Below are positions 1-7,854 of a stretch of DNA of 13,335 nucleotides, piece after piece (position 1 is the stretch's first letter; each line of letters begins with the position of its first letter). The notes under the pieces are model-generated. The model saw only the letters and a program-made list of their open reading frames with translations, was not told where the DNA came from and ran no database searches. The stretch lies in NCBI GenBank assembly GCA_041662745.1, contig JBAZRV010000009.1:1-13335 (forward strand), written 5' to 3'. The stretch comes from Patescibacteria group bacterium. Its GTDB lineage: Bacteria > Patescibacteriota > Patescibacteriia > 2-01-FULL-39-33. Both the position numbers and the translations under genes were made by a program.

Positions 1-105
1 TTCAGAATTCTGGCTGATTTTAAGGAAAAAATAGAAATCCAAACTTCCAATAGCCCGCTGTGCGGGCGTGAAAAATTTGAAAAAAATTCTTTAAGTTTCG
101 TATAT

Positions 106-178
106 TCGGGGTAGCGGGACTTGAACCCACGACCTCGCCGTCCCGAACGGCGCGCGCTACCAACTGCGCTATACCCCG
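106..178 (-). tRNA. tRNA-Pro (anticodon CGG)
   Basis: The reverse complement CGGGGTATAGCGCAGTTGGTAGCGCGCGCCGTTCGGGACGGCGAGGTCGTGGGTTCAAGTCCCGCTACCCCGA folds as a full cloverleaf: 7-bp acceptor CGGGGTA/TACCCCG, anticodon arm CGCCG-TTCGGGA-CGGCG, T arm GTGGG-TTCAAGT-CCCGC, discriminator A, no encoded CCA. Confidence 0.96.
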
Positions 179-182
179 AAGA

Positions 183-641
183 TTACTGTTTATTTATGAT
201 CTCGTATGCCGCAATGCCAAAGGCCACGGAAACATTAAGCGACTCCTTCATCCCCTTCATGGGGATATGTACTATGGCATCGCAACGATTCAATAATGCC
301 GGCGAGACGCCGGCAACCTCATTGCCCACAATCAAAACCAAAGGAAACTTTGGTTTGAATACCTTAACATTCTGGCTGTCTTTTGTCAATTCCAGAGCCA
401 CAACCTTAAAACCCCGACGCTTGAGTTGTTCCACTGCGCGCCAGGGCTGTTTAACGTATTCCCAAGCCACTGTTTCCTCCGCGCCCAGGGCGACTTTCTT
501 TACTCCTTTTTGTTCGGGAGTTCCGGTAATCCCGCCGAGCCAAACCTGGGCCACCCCCAAGGCGTCAGCCGTACGGAAAATTGACCCGACATTGTATAAG
601 CTTCTAATATTATCACAAATAACATGGACTTCCTTTGACAT
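183..641 (-). CDS. SPOUT-family (SpoU/TrmH-like) RNA methyltransferase, short form
   Basis: ORF of 152 aa with family motifs NIRSLYNVGSIFRTADALGV, LVLIVGNEVAGVSP and IPMKGMKESLNVSVAFGIAAYE. Confidence 0.88.
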   Translation of the reverse strand: MSKEVHVICDNIRSLYNVGSIFRTADALGVAQVWLGGITGTPEQKGVKKVALGAEETVAWEYVKQPWRAVEQLKRRGFKVVALELTKDSQNVKVFKPKFPLVLIVGNEVAGVSPALLNRCDAIVHIPMKGMKESLNVSVAFGIAAYEIINKQ

Positions 642-699
642 AATTATAATCCGTTCAACTTAAATTCAGGCGCCCGAGGCTGTTTTGACTGGGGTTGTT

Positions 700-2052
700 T
701 TAATATTGCAACACCGTCTTAACTTTCTTGAATTCTTTCTCGCGATGGAAAATTATCTTCTTGATGTTATAAGTGCCGTATTTGGGCGCCTCCACAAATC
801 CCTGCATCGCCGCTTCGGCCAGCCAACCGGAATTCAGCCAATCCTTGAGCCATTCGCCCGTATAGCGAGGATCATCCTGATCAATGCCGGCGTTAATCAG
901 CGTCAGCCATTTGCGATTGAACTTTTCCTGGCTGCCGATGGGCGGCGCCATAACAATCGGCAGGCCCAAAGCGCAATAAAAACATAATTCCGACGGCTTG
1001 GTCCACAAAATATCCGTCTCCCTTAAGATCTCGTTGAATTTTTTAAAATACTCCATTTTTCCCGATTCATGCAAAATATGGATGGACCGGTCAAATTCCC
1101 GGCAGAGTTTCAGTTGCTTGCAGGAATCGCGGAAAAATTTGGCTACTTCCTGATTGACGCCCGCCACTAAATTGACTCGCACCTGACCGTCTAAAAGCTG
1201 TTCGCGCAAACCCTCTATGATGGCGATGCCCAATTCGCGCTGTGCGCCGGCGCCACCGACGGCAAAAGTGATAGTCAACGGACGAGTGGCTTTGGTTTTC
1301 AAATTGTTACGGCCCAACTGCGCCACCAGGACTTTTTTGTACTGATTGATATAAACTTTTTGCGGATCCAAGATCGGCAGACGCCGACCCAGATCCTGGC
1401 GCAAAATACTCAAGCTCTTCCCAACGTTTTCCTCGGGCAACGGGAAGCCGGTGAAGATCACCCGCTCCGGCTTGACGCCGTACAACAACAAACGATCGGC
1501 CACGCGGCGGTTGGAAGCGAAATAAATAATCCGGCTTTTGCCCGGCTCCGGCGGCACCCAAGCGCGGGAAATGTCCGCATCGCATAAAATGCAATAGATT
1601 TCTGCCGGATAGTCAAAATATTCGGCCATCATGGCGGTGGCAAAAAAGGTCGTTACAAACGGCAATGGTTTGCGCGATAATTTTTTGATCAAATGCTTAC
1701 CCCATTCGCCTTCCTTAAAAAACTTATAAATCTCTTTCAGTTGAACGGTGGATTTGGACAAATCGCGACGCGGATAAAAACTGGGGATTTCCTGCAACCG
1801 GTCATACAAATCAAACACGGCTTCGCCGACGATCGGCACCATCTTAAAACGGGAAACGAATTCATAAAATACCCGGCTGTTAGTCCAGATATATTTGTCT
1901 TTTTCCGGAATGCCCGGATAAGTATTGGCGGAAATTATGCCGCCCTCGGCAATATCCTTGAACGGATAAGCGGCGCGCTGATGGCCATAACCCATGTCTA
2001 CTGTTACCACCCAGGCCTTGCGAGGCAGAGTTTTTGTTTTTTTAGTCGGCAT
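700..2052 (-). CDS. Conserved hypothetical protein with GT-B glycosyltransferase-like features (MGDG-synthase-like N terminus)
   Basis: ORF of 450 aa. It has an N-terminal VDMGYGHQRAAYP motif, CDADISRAWVPPE, TGFPLPEE, a Gly-rich ITFAVGGAGAQRE segment and C-terminal TDILWTKPSELCFYCALGLPIVMAPPIGSQEKFNRKWL, typical of a two-Rossmann-domain glycosyltransferase. A TGCTATAAT element lies just upstream. Confidence 0.7.
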   Translation of the reverse strand: MPTKKTKTLPRKAWVVTVDMGYGHQRAAYPFKDIAEGGIISANTYPGIPEKDKYIWTNSRVFYEFVSRFKMVPIVGEAVFDLYDRLQEIPSFYPRRDLSKSTVQLKEIYKFFKEGEWGKHLIKKLSRKPLPFVTTFFATAMMAEYFDYPAEIYCILCDADISRAWVPPEPGKSRIIYFASNRRVADRLLLYGVKPERVIFTGFPLPEENVGKSLSILRQDLGRRLPILDPQKVYINQYKKVLVAQLGRNNLKTKATRPLTITFAVGGAGAQRELGIAIIEGLREQLLDGQVRVNLVAGVNQEVAKFFRDSCKQLKLCREFDRSIHILHESGKMEYFKKFNEILRETDILWTKPSELCFYCALGLPIVMAPPIGSQEKFNRKWLTLINAGIDQDDPRYTGEWLKDWLNSGWLAEAAMQGFVEAPKYGTYNIKKIIFHREKEFKKVKTVLQY

Positions 2053-2060
2053 ATAACAAT

Positions 2061-2066
2061 ATTATA
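2061..2066 (-). promoter_or_regulatory. Extended -10 element (TGCTATAAT) for the 700..2052 gene
   Basis: The minus strand reads TGTGCTATAATATTGTTATATG: TATAAT 8 nt before the ATG, with a TGn extension. No convincing -35. Confidence 0.55.
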
Positions 2067-2073
2067 GCACATC

Positions 2074-2101
2074 AAAAACCCCGTTGGCGAGCCAAGCGGG
2101 G
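2074..2101 (-). terminator. Intrinsic terminator downstream of the HU gene
   Basis: The minus strand reads CCCCG(C)TTGGC-TC-GCCAACGGGG-TTTTT: 10 bp stem with one bulge followed by a T-run. Confidence 0.85.
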
Positions 2102-2128
2102 CTTTGAATTGACTTAATGACGGTAAAA

Positions 2129-2410
2129 TTACAGAACAGCTTCCTTGGCAGCCTTGGCTACGCGGAACTTAACGACGGTCTTGGCCGGAATCTTAATGGA
2201 TTCGCCGGTGGCCGGGTTGCGGCCCTCTCGGGCTTTGCGCTGGACTTTGACCAGCTTGCCGATGCCGGGGATAACGAATTCACCGCTCTTTTTCACTTCA
2301 CTGTAAGCCATGGACACCATCTTGTCCATTAAATCCACGACCTGCTTCTTGGACAGCTCGGTGGCATCAGCCAAAGCGGCGATGATTTGGGATTTGGTCA
2401 TCTTAGCCAT
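2129..2410 (-). CDS. hup: HU-family DNA-binding protein
   Basis: ORF of 93 aa, MTKSQIIAALADATELSKKQV...GEFVIPGIGKLVKVQRKAREGRNPATGESIKIPAKTVVKFRVAKAAKEAV; the classic HU/IHF signature GRNPxTGE..KIPA is present. Confidence 0.96.
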   Translation of the reverse strand: MAKMTKSQIIAALADATELSKKQVVDLMDKMVSMAYSEVKKSGEFVIPGIGKLVKVQRKAREGRNPATGESIKIPAKTVVKFRVAKAAKEAVL

Positions 2411-2485
2411 AATCTTTGTTATTAGTTGTTTAATTATTTAAGTGCGGTCGCGGCGGCTCAGCGCCGGATTTATCCACATGCTTGA

Positions 2486-2515
2486 ATTATAACGCAAAAC
2501 CTTAAAAAAAGCCAA
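2486..2515 (-). promoter_or_regulatory. Probable promoter for the HU gene
   Basis: The minus strand has TTGGCT (2510-2515), an 18-bp spacer and TATAAT (2486-2491), about 75 nt upstream of the HU start. Confidence 0.45.
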
Positions 2516-2535
2516 TAAAATGTCAATGGCCGGTC

Positions 2536-3288
2536 TTATTTCATGGGTTGGGACTGTTGCCAAAGAAAATCGTAAATACTCTTGAAGCTGGCGACTATGG
2601 TCGGATGATGAACCGCGACTACGAAAGGCGGTTTGCCGGAAAACAACACCAAAAGCGACCCAACAAACCATAAAGAAGAAAGAAAATCTATTTTTTCCGG
2701 CATTTCCCTGATAACTATTCTTTGCCGCTGCAGTTTATCATTATCAATCAATTTATAAGTTCCCGCGGGGATCAATGTTTGAGTGGTGATATCCCGTTGT
2801 TTTTTTAATTCCAAAAGAATTTTATAATAATCATCGGAAAATACTTTCTGGTAATTGCCGACATGCGGGGCATCAATCGTATAAATCACAGACTTCTTAG
2901 GCAAACCGCTTAATAATTTCTCAATGAATATTTTAATGCTTTTTTGCGTATCATAGACATTGGCGAAGGGAAAAGCGGCTTCGCTGCGATATAAATCAGA
3001 CAGGAATCCTTCCAGCTCTTCCGCCAAACGAATCTTACGGCCGAAAATTTCTTGCAAAGTCTTAGGCGATTCCGCCCAATAATAAGTCGTGCCCTTATAC
3101 TTGTGGCTGGAAATATAACCGTCAACCAAAAGCTCTTCCAAAATGCTAATGACGGTCGTCCGCGGCAAATTGGCTTTTTTGGCAACACGCGAAGCCGGAG
3201 CTTCGCCTAATTCCGTCACCGACAAATAGGCGTTGATCTTATTGTCCGACAGGCCCAACTCACGCAAATTTTTTTTAATTGCTAACAT
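2536..3288 (-). CDS. TrmB-like HTH transcriptional regulator
   Basis: ORF of 250 aa with N-terminal winged helix LRELGLSDNKINAYLSVTELGEAPASRVAKKANLPRTTVISILEELLVDGYISSHKYKGTTYYWAESPKTL, followed by a coiled-coil and an effector-like domain. Confidence 0.82.
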   Translation of the reverse strand: MLAIKKNLRELGLSDNKINAYLSVTELGEAPASRVAKKANLPRTTVISILEELLVDGYISSHKYKGTTYYWAESPKTLQEIFGRKIRLAEELEGFLSDLYRSEAAFPFANVYDTQKSIKIFIEKLLSGLPKKSVIYTIDAPHVGNYQKVFSDDYYKILLELKKQRDITTQTLIPAGTYKLIDNDKLQRQRIVIREMPEKIDFLSSLWFVGSLLVLFSGKPPFVVAVHHPTIVASFKSIYDFLWQQSQPMK

Positions 3289-3312
3289 AAACGCTTATTG
3301 CGGCGGCCATTG

Positions 3313-3332
3313 CTGTCGAAAATTTTCGACAG
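3313..3332. promoter_or_regulatory. Perfect 20-bp palindrome, candidate operator
   Basis: CTGTCGAAAATTTTCGACAG is exactly self-complementary. It lies between a TATAAT box (minus strand, 3345-3350) and the start codon of the TrmB-like gene (3288). Confidence 0.6.
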
Positions 3333-3344
3333 TAGCATGCCTAA

Positions 3345-3350
3345 ATTATA
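3345..3350 (-). promoter_or_regulatory. -10 element for the TrmB-like regulator gene
   Basis: TATAAT on the minus strand (TTTAGCTATAATTTAGG), about 56 nt upstream of the ATG. The -35 is not convincing. Confidence 0.5.
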
Positions 3351-3510
3351 GCTAAACTTAAATAAAAAACGATTAAGTCAAAAAATTTCCTCTTAAAATC
3401 CGACAAAAATTATGCCTCTTTGATATTCTTATAACACCAGAGCGACTGCTATGCTCTGTCTCAATTGTACCGTAAACATCGCACTTTAACAACCAAGAAA
3501 GGAGCTAATC

Positions 3511-4554
3511 ATGCCTGCGCTTATAACTTTACCCGGGACTTATTCGCCGCCGACCTATGGACATTTTGATATTGCTTGCCGCGCCGCCGAATTATGGGGC
3601 AATCTGACTGTGGTTTGTTCGCGTAATGACGGCAAGAAAAACAATTGGTTTTCTGCTGAGGAATGCGTCCGGCTCTGGCGCGCCTATGATTTGCCAAAAA
3701 ATGTCACGGTTACGACTTTAGAAAAAATGCTTGGGCAATCAACGGACTTTTCGCAATTAGTCATGACGCGCGGCATTCGCGATGATGCTGATTTCCAACA
3801 TGAACACGAGGTTATGAAACTAAACTCCCGCGATTACGGCATTAATAATTATTTTTATTTAATGGCGCGGCCGGAGCTAAAAAATATTTCTTCTTCGTTG
3901 GCGCGTCAAGCGGCTCAAAAATTGGATTTTTCCAAGTTAGCCCAATGCGTTCCGCCTCGGATTGTCAGCTTGATGCTGGAACGGGCATTAAACATTAATC
4001 GCTTATTCTTAGTTACCGGTCGGCCCGGCTCCGGCAAATCCACCTGGCTGAAGGAATTGATTAAATCAGATCCTCAAGCCTATTGGATCAGCGGTGATGA
4101 AATCAGCCAACGTCTGCGTCCTCAAGTCGTTGCCGCTTTCCCCGGTGAAAACCTGTACCATTTAGCCGTAAAACAGGAAGAAAAAATATTAGCAATACTC
4201 AAAACCGCCTGGCTGGAAATTTTGGCCGATTTACTCCGGCAAGCCCCGCCTCAAACCAATGTCTACCTAGAAGTTGCCTATGGCTTAGAAGCTAACAAGC
4301 AACTATACCGTTTAGTGGGCGGACGGGTTATTAATGTTTATTGCCAATCAGCCGAAACCAATCGTCAACGAATCAAGGACCGTGGCACGCCGCAACATTT
4401 GCCCTTTGTAGATAAAATTCCCGATCGTGAAGAGGCGCTTAAGATTGCTCAAGCTAACGGATTGGAACTGATAGAGATTAACACCGATGGAAACCAAGAG
4501 GGCTTGGCGGCTCAAGCGCAGAGTTTTATCAATCGGAACATTAATAAAAACTAA
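3511..4554 (+). CDS. Bifunctional fusion: phosphopantetheine adenylyltransferase (CoaD)-like nucleotidyltransferase plus P-loop kinase domain
   Basis: ORF of 347 aa with SD AAAGGAG. The N-terminal part has PGTYSPPTYGHFDIACRAAE (TxGH nucleotidyltransferase motif), MTRGIRDDADFQHE and NISSSLARQ, all CoaD-like. The C-terminal part has LFLVTGRPGSGKSTWLKEL (Walker A) and YWISGDEISQRL. Confidence 0.85.
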   Translation: MPALITLPGTYSPPTYGHFDIACRAAELWGNLTVVCSRNDGKKNNWFSAEECVRLWRAYDLPKNVTVTTLEKMLGQSTDFSQLVMTRGIRDDADFQHEHEVMKLNSRDYGINNYFYLMARPELKNISSSLARQAAQKLDFSKLAQCVPPRIVSLMLERALNINRLFLVTGRPGSGKSTWLKELIKSDPQAYWISGDEISQRLRPQVVAAFPGENLYHLAVKQEEKILAILKTAWLEILADLLRQAPPQTNVYLEVAYGLEANKQLYRLVGGRVINVYCQSAETNRQRIKDRGTPQHLPFVDKIPDREEALKIAQANGLELIEINTDGNQEGLAAQAQSFINRNINKN

Positions 4555-4575
4555 CTTGTAATCCAAGGAGGCTAT

Positions 4576-4974
4576 ATGGAAAACATTTTTGCCGGCCTGG
4601 TTCTCGGACATCTGACTGGCGATTATTTATTGCAAAACAAACGCATGGCTATCGCCAAATCATCTCCCGGTTGGCGCGGTCGGCTTTGGTGTTTGGCGCA
4701 CTGCCTATTATACACTGCGACAGTAATGGTTTTTCTCGGTAGCGCCAGTCCCGCCGTAGCGCTTATTGTGTTTTTTAGCCACTGGCCGCTGGATCGTTGG
4801 TCACTGGCCGGAAAATGGTTAAAATTCATCGGCGCTCGCGATTTTATGACGGAATTCGCTTCAAGCGGACAATATCGCGACATCCATCTGCCTTTTGCCG
4901 TTTTGGTTTACGCGGTCGCCGACAATGCTCTGCATTTGATCTTAATGTGGCTGGGCCTGTCTTGGCTAATGTAG
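4576..4974 (+). CDS. Small integral membrane protein, DUF3307-like
   Basis: ORF of 132 aa with SD AAGGAGG, LVLGHLTGDYLLQNKRMA...LAHCLLYTATVM...SHWPLDRW. The HxxxDxxLQ plus LxHxxxY layout resembles DUF3307. It starts 21 nt after the preceding CDS. Confidence 0.7.
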   Translation: MENIFAGLVLGHLTGDYLLQNKRMAIAKSSPGWRGRLWCLAHCLLYTATVMVFLGSASPAVALIVFFSHWPLDRWSLAGKWLKFIGARDFMTEFASSGQYRDIHLPFAVLVYAVADNALHLILMWLGLSWLM

Positions 4975-4981
4975 CACCTTT

Positions 4982-5008
4982 ACCCCCGCAGTTGCTTGTG
5001 GGGGTTTT
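4982..5008 (+). terminator. Intrinsic terminator
   Basis: CCCCCGCA-GTTGCT-TGTGGGGG-TTTT directly after the stop at 4974. Confidence 0.88.
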
Positions 5009-5009
5009 A

Positions 5010-5037
5010 TTGACTTTCCGCAAAAATATGCTATAAT
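5010..5037 (+). promoter_or_regulatory. Sigma70-type promoter for the 5096..5973 gene pair
   Basis: TTGACT (5010-5015), 16 bp spacer, TATAAT (5032-5037). Confidence 0.8.
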
Positions 5038-5095
5038 TAATTATCGTCAAAACAGGCAAAAAGGACATTAAAATCAACCGACGGGAGGAATAGCA

Positions 5096-5575
5096 GTGAA
5101 AAACAAAATTTCGGCCATGACCGCTTTTCAATTAGGCCTGCTTCTGATCTTGATAATCATCCTGATCTGCTCCTTGGCCACCGGCCGAATGGAGAACATA
5201 CTCCCATTAACTTTTTTCATCGCCATAACTGTCTACTTGTTATTTCTTGAAAGATGGCTCAACGGCCAAGGGATCTGCAACGGTTGGCAATATTTTGATC
5301 TGAACGATGGCAACGATCTGTCCGGGCTGATGCATTCGCCTCCTTGGCCGATAATCAAGAAAAAGATTGAATTGTTTAACCCGGCGATACTGCATAACAT
5401 GAAAATTTCTCCTCCGGAAAAAACAGTCTGGCTGGCGCCGGGAGTATATGAATTGCTATCGTTTGCTGATAGTCTTTGGTGGGAAGACGAGGAAGGCAAC
5501 TACGCTTTATCACCGACAGAACTGAGGGAATTGATTGATAGCGGCCAAGCCCGCCTATTAGAAGGAGAAGAATAA
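5096..5575 (+). CDS. Hypothetical membrane protein with two N-terminal TM segments and a soluble C-terminal part
   Basis: ORF of 159 aa with GTG start and SD GGGAGGAA. Hydrophobic runs FQLGLLLILIIILICSLA and ILPLTFFIAITVYLLFLE. Overlaps the next gene as TAATG. Confidence 0.8.
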   Translation: MKNKISAMTAFQLGLLLILIIILICSLATGRMENILPLTFFIAITVYLLFLERWLNGQGICNGWQYFDLNDGNDLSGLMHSPPWPIIKKKIELFNPAILHNMKISPPEKTVWLAPGVYELLSFADSLWWEDEEGNYALSPTELRELIDSGQARLLEGEE

Positions 5576-5973
5576 TGCAAACAACACTGACAGAAAAAGA
5601 CCAGGCTGAGTTGCTCAGCCAAGCTGAATTGGGGAAAAAATTATTCGGTAAAAAAATCAAGGCCAAATACTATCAGGGATCGGCTTTGCTTATCGGGGTG
5701 ATCGCAATATTGGCGCTGGCGCCGTTAACTATCGTAACAGTCATTATTGCCGTTAACCAGCTCCAATGGTCGGTCGCTATCGGGCATACTGCCCTCCTTT
5801 GTCTGCTACTGATCATCGGCTATTGCTTTATGAGATTGTTTAATCAGGTGATATTTGAGTTGAAATGCTACAGGATTTTTTGGTGGGAAATGGAAGACGC
5901 GAAACAGTTAATCAATTCAGGCAAAGCCGTTCCGGACAATGATCCGCCGGGTGCTTCCAACGCCGCCGCTTAG
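5575..5973 (+). CDS. Hypothetical membrane protein with two TM segments
   Basis: ORF of 132 aa with SD GAAGGAG and start overlapping the upstream stop (TAATG). Hydrophobic segments SALLIGVIAILALAPLTIVTVIIAV and TALLCLLLIIGYCFMRLF. Confidence 0.8.
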   Translation: MQTTLTEKDQAELLSQAELGKKLFGKKIKAKYYQGSALLIGVIAILALAPLTIVTVIIAVNQLQWSVAIGHTALLCLLLIIGYCFMRLFNQVIFELKCYRIFWWEMEDAKQLINSGKAVPDNDPPGASNAAA

Positions 5974-5983
5974 CACTTTAAAC

Positions 5984-6020
5984 AAAACCCCTTCGGTTAG
6001 CCGAAAGGGTTTTATTTTTA
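5984..6020. terminator. Bidirectional intrinsic terminator between convergent genes
   Basis: AAAACCCCTTCGG-TTAG-CCGAAAGGGTTTTATTTTTA pairs at 12 of 13 positions with A/T-runs on both sides, between the 5973 and 6061 gene ends. Confidence 0.88.
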
Positions 6021-6060
6021 TGCAATAACCGAATAATTTATCCGGAGCAAAACTGATCGT

Positions 6061-7845
6061 TTAATTCTTTCTGGATTGGCGGACGCGTTCCACTTCTGAC
6101 AATAACTGCTTGCGCAACCTGATATTTGACGGCGTGATTTCCAAATATTCATCTTCCGCCATAACCTCCAACCCTCGTTCCAGTGATAATTCCCAGGGCG
6201 GAGTCAGCTTGATTGCCTCATCGGCTCCGCTGGAACGCATATTGGTTAAATTCTTGCCCTTAATCGGATTAACCGTCAAATCATTGCCTTTGGTCACATT
6301 GCCGATGACCTGGCCTTCGTAAACTTCCACGCTGCCGCCGACATACAATAAGCCGCGATTCTCCAGATTGGCCAAAGCATAACCGGCGGTTTTGCCGGTA
6401 GCCATGGAAATCATGCTGCCGACATCGCGTTTTTCCACGGCGCCGGCATACGGCTTAAAGCCGATAAAACGGGAACATAAGATGCCTTCACCGCGCGTAT
6501 CCACGGTAAACTCCCCGCGATAACCCAAAAGTCCGCGAGTGGGCACTTCAAAAATAATCCTGGTCAGCGCGCCTTCGGTTTTCATATCTTTGATCAAGCC
6601 TTTGCGTTTGGACATTTTTTCAATTACCGTGCCGGAATAGTCGTTCGGGATATCAATAGTCACCTCTTCAAACGGCTCGGACTTGATGCCGTCAATATCC
6701 TTGATAATGACCTGGGGCTGAGAAACCGATAATTCATAGCCTTCGCGGCGCATATTCTCAAGCAAAATGGCGATGTGCAATTCGCCACGCCCGAAAACCT
6801 TAAAATATTCGGTAGAAGTAAAATCTATTTTCAAGCCGACATTGACTTCCAATTCCTTCTGCAATCTTTCTTTAATCTGCTTATTGGTGACATATTTGCC
6901 TTCACGGCCGGCAAACGGCGAACTGTTGACCAAAAAATTCAAGGCGATCGTCGGTTCGTCAATAGAGATGGCCGGCAAACTTTCTTGGCCGGCGTCACGG
7001 CAAATCGTATCGCCGATATAAATATCAGGCAAGCCGGCAACCATAACAATGTCGCCCGCTTCCGCTTCCGCCACTTCCTCGCGATTCAAACCGCGAAAAG
7101 TGAACAGTTTGGTGATTTTCCCGTCCATTACTGTGCCATCAGGCTTCTTAATCACCACATTATCGCCATTTTTTATCGTCCCCTCATAAACGCGAGAGAT
7201 GGCCAGACGGCCCAGATAATCATCGTAAGCCAGATTAAACGGCTGAGCGCGCAACGGGCTGGCCGTGTCATTTTTAGCCGGTGGCACCTTAGCTATAATG
7301 GTCTCCAAAAGCGGAGTCAGATCGTGGTTAAGATCATCCAAATTAATCTTGGCAAAACCCTCGCGGGCGATGGCATAAACCACCGGAAACTCCAATTGTT
7401 CATCAGTAGCGCCCAAATCCAAAAATAATTCAAAAACTTCTTCTTGCACCATATCCGGCCGAGCCGCCGGCTTATCAATCTTATTGATAACTACGATCGG
7501 CTTAATGCCCAATTCCAATGATTTTTTCAAGACGAATCTGGTCTGAGGCATGGGGCCTTCCTGCGCGTCCACCACCAAAATAACCGAATCAATGGAACGC
7601 AAGACACGCTCAACTTCGGAACCGAAATCGGCGTGGCCCGGAGTATCCACGATATTAATCTTAGTGTCTTTGTAAAACAACGAACCGTTTTTGGAGTAAA
7701 TCGTGATACCGCGTTCTTTTTCCAGGGCGTTTTGATCCATAGAAAAATCTTCGGCTACCATGCCGGTCTGTTTGAGTAATTTGTCGGTCAAAGCGGTTTT
7801 GCCATGATCAACGTGAGCGATAATTGCGATATTTCTAATTTCCAT
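6061..7845 (-). CDS. typA: Ribosome-associated GTPase TypA/BipA
   Basis: ORF of 594 aa, [72 protein letters not shown] and C-terminal [29 protein letters not shown]...[19 protein letters not shown], specific to TypA/BipA. Confidence 0.98.
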   Translation of the reverse strand: MEIRNIAIIAHVDHGKTALTDKLLKQTGMVAEDFSMDQNALEKERGITIYSKNGSLFYKDTKINIVDTPGHADFGSEVERVLRSIDSVILVVDAQEGPMPQTRFVLKKSLELGIKPIVVINKIDKPAARPDMVQEEVFELFLDLGATDEQLEFPVVYAIAREGFAKINLDDLNHDLTPLLETIIAKVPPAKNDTASPLRAQPFNLAYDDYLGRLAISRVYEGTIKNGDNVVIKKPDGTVMDGKITKLFTFRGLNREEVAEAEAGDIVMVAGLPDIYIGDTICRDAGQESLPAISIDEPTIALNFLVNSSPFAGREGKYVTNKQIKERLQKELEVNVGLKIDFTSTEYFKVFGRGELHIAILLENMRREGYELSVSQPQVIIKDIDGIKSEPFEEVTIDIPNDYSGTVIEKMSKRKGLIKDMKTEGALTRIIFEVPTRGLLGYRGEFTVDTRGEGILCSRFIGFKPYAGAVEKRDVGSMISMATGKTAGYALANLENRGLLYVGGSVEVYEGQVIGNVTKGNDLTVNPIKGKNLTNMRSSGADEAIKLTPPWELSLERGLEVMAEDEYLEITPSNIRLRKQLLSEVERVRQSRKN

Positions 7846-7854
7846 AGTTGCTTT

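Noticed and set aside
53-67. GCCCGC-tgt-GCGGGC hairpin downstream of tRNA-Pro
   Set aside because: It is a clean 6-bp stem but has no T-run on the minus strand. I cannot call it a terminator or another element with confidence.
643-648. TATAAT 1 nt upstream of the methyltransferase ATG
   Set aside because: If used, transcription would start inside the coding region, and I see no plausible downstream start. The gene is more likely co-transcribed with 700..2052 or uses another promoter.
121-663. Plus-strand ORF of 180 aa
   Set aside because: It is antisense to the clear SPOUT methyltransferase and runs across the tRNA-Pro. Its composition is low-quality (Pro/Thr/Ser-rich) with no recognisable motif.
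1307-2067. ORFs at 1307..1594, 1360..1587 and 1693..2067
   Set aside because: They overlap the GT-B-like gene in other frames and have no motifs or convincing initiation signals.
6775-7428. Plus-strand ORF of 217 aa inside typA
   Set aside because: It lies wholly antisense to typA, which has unmistakable motifs in that span. No SD or domain signal; typical of a shadow ORF.
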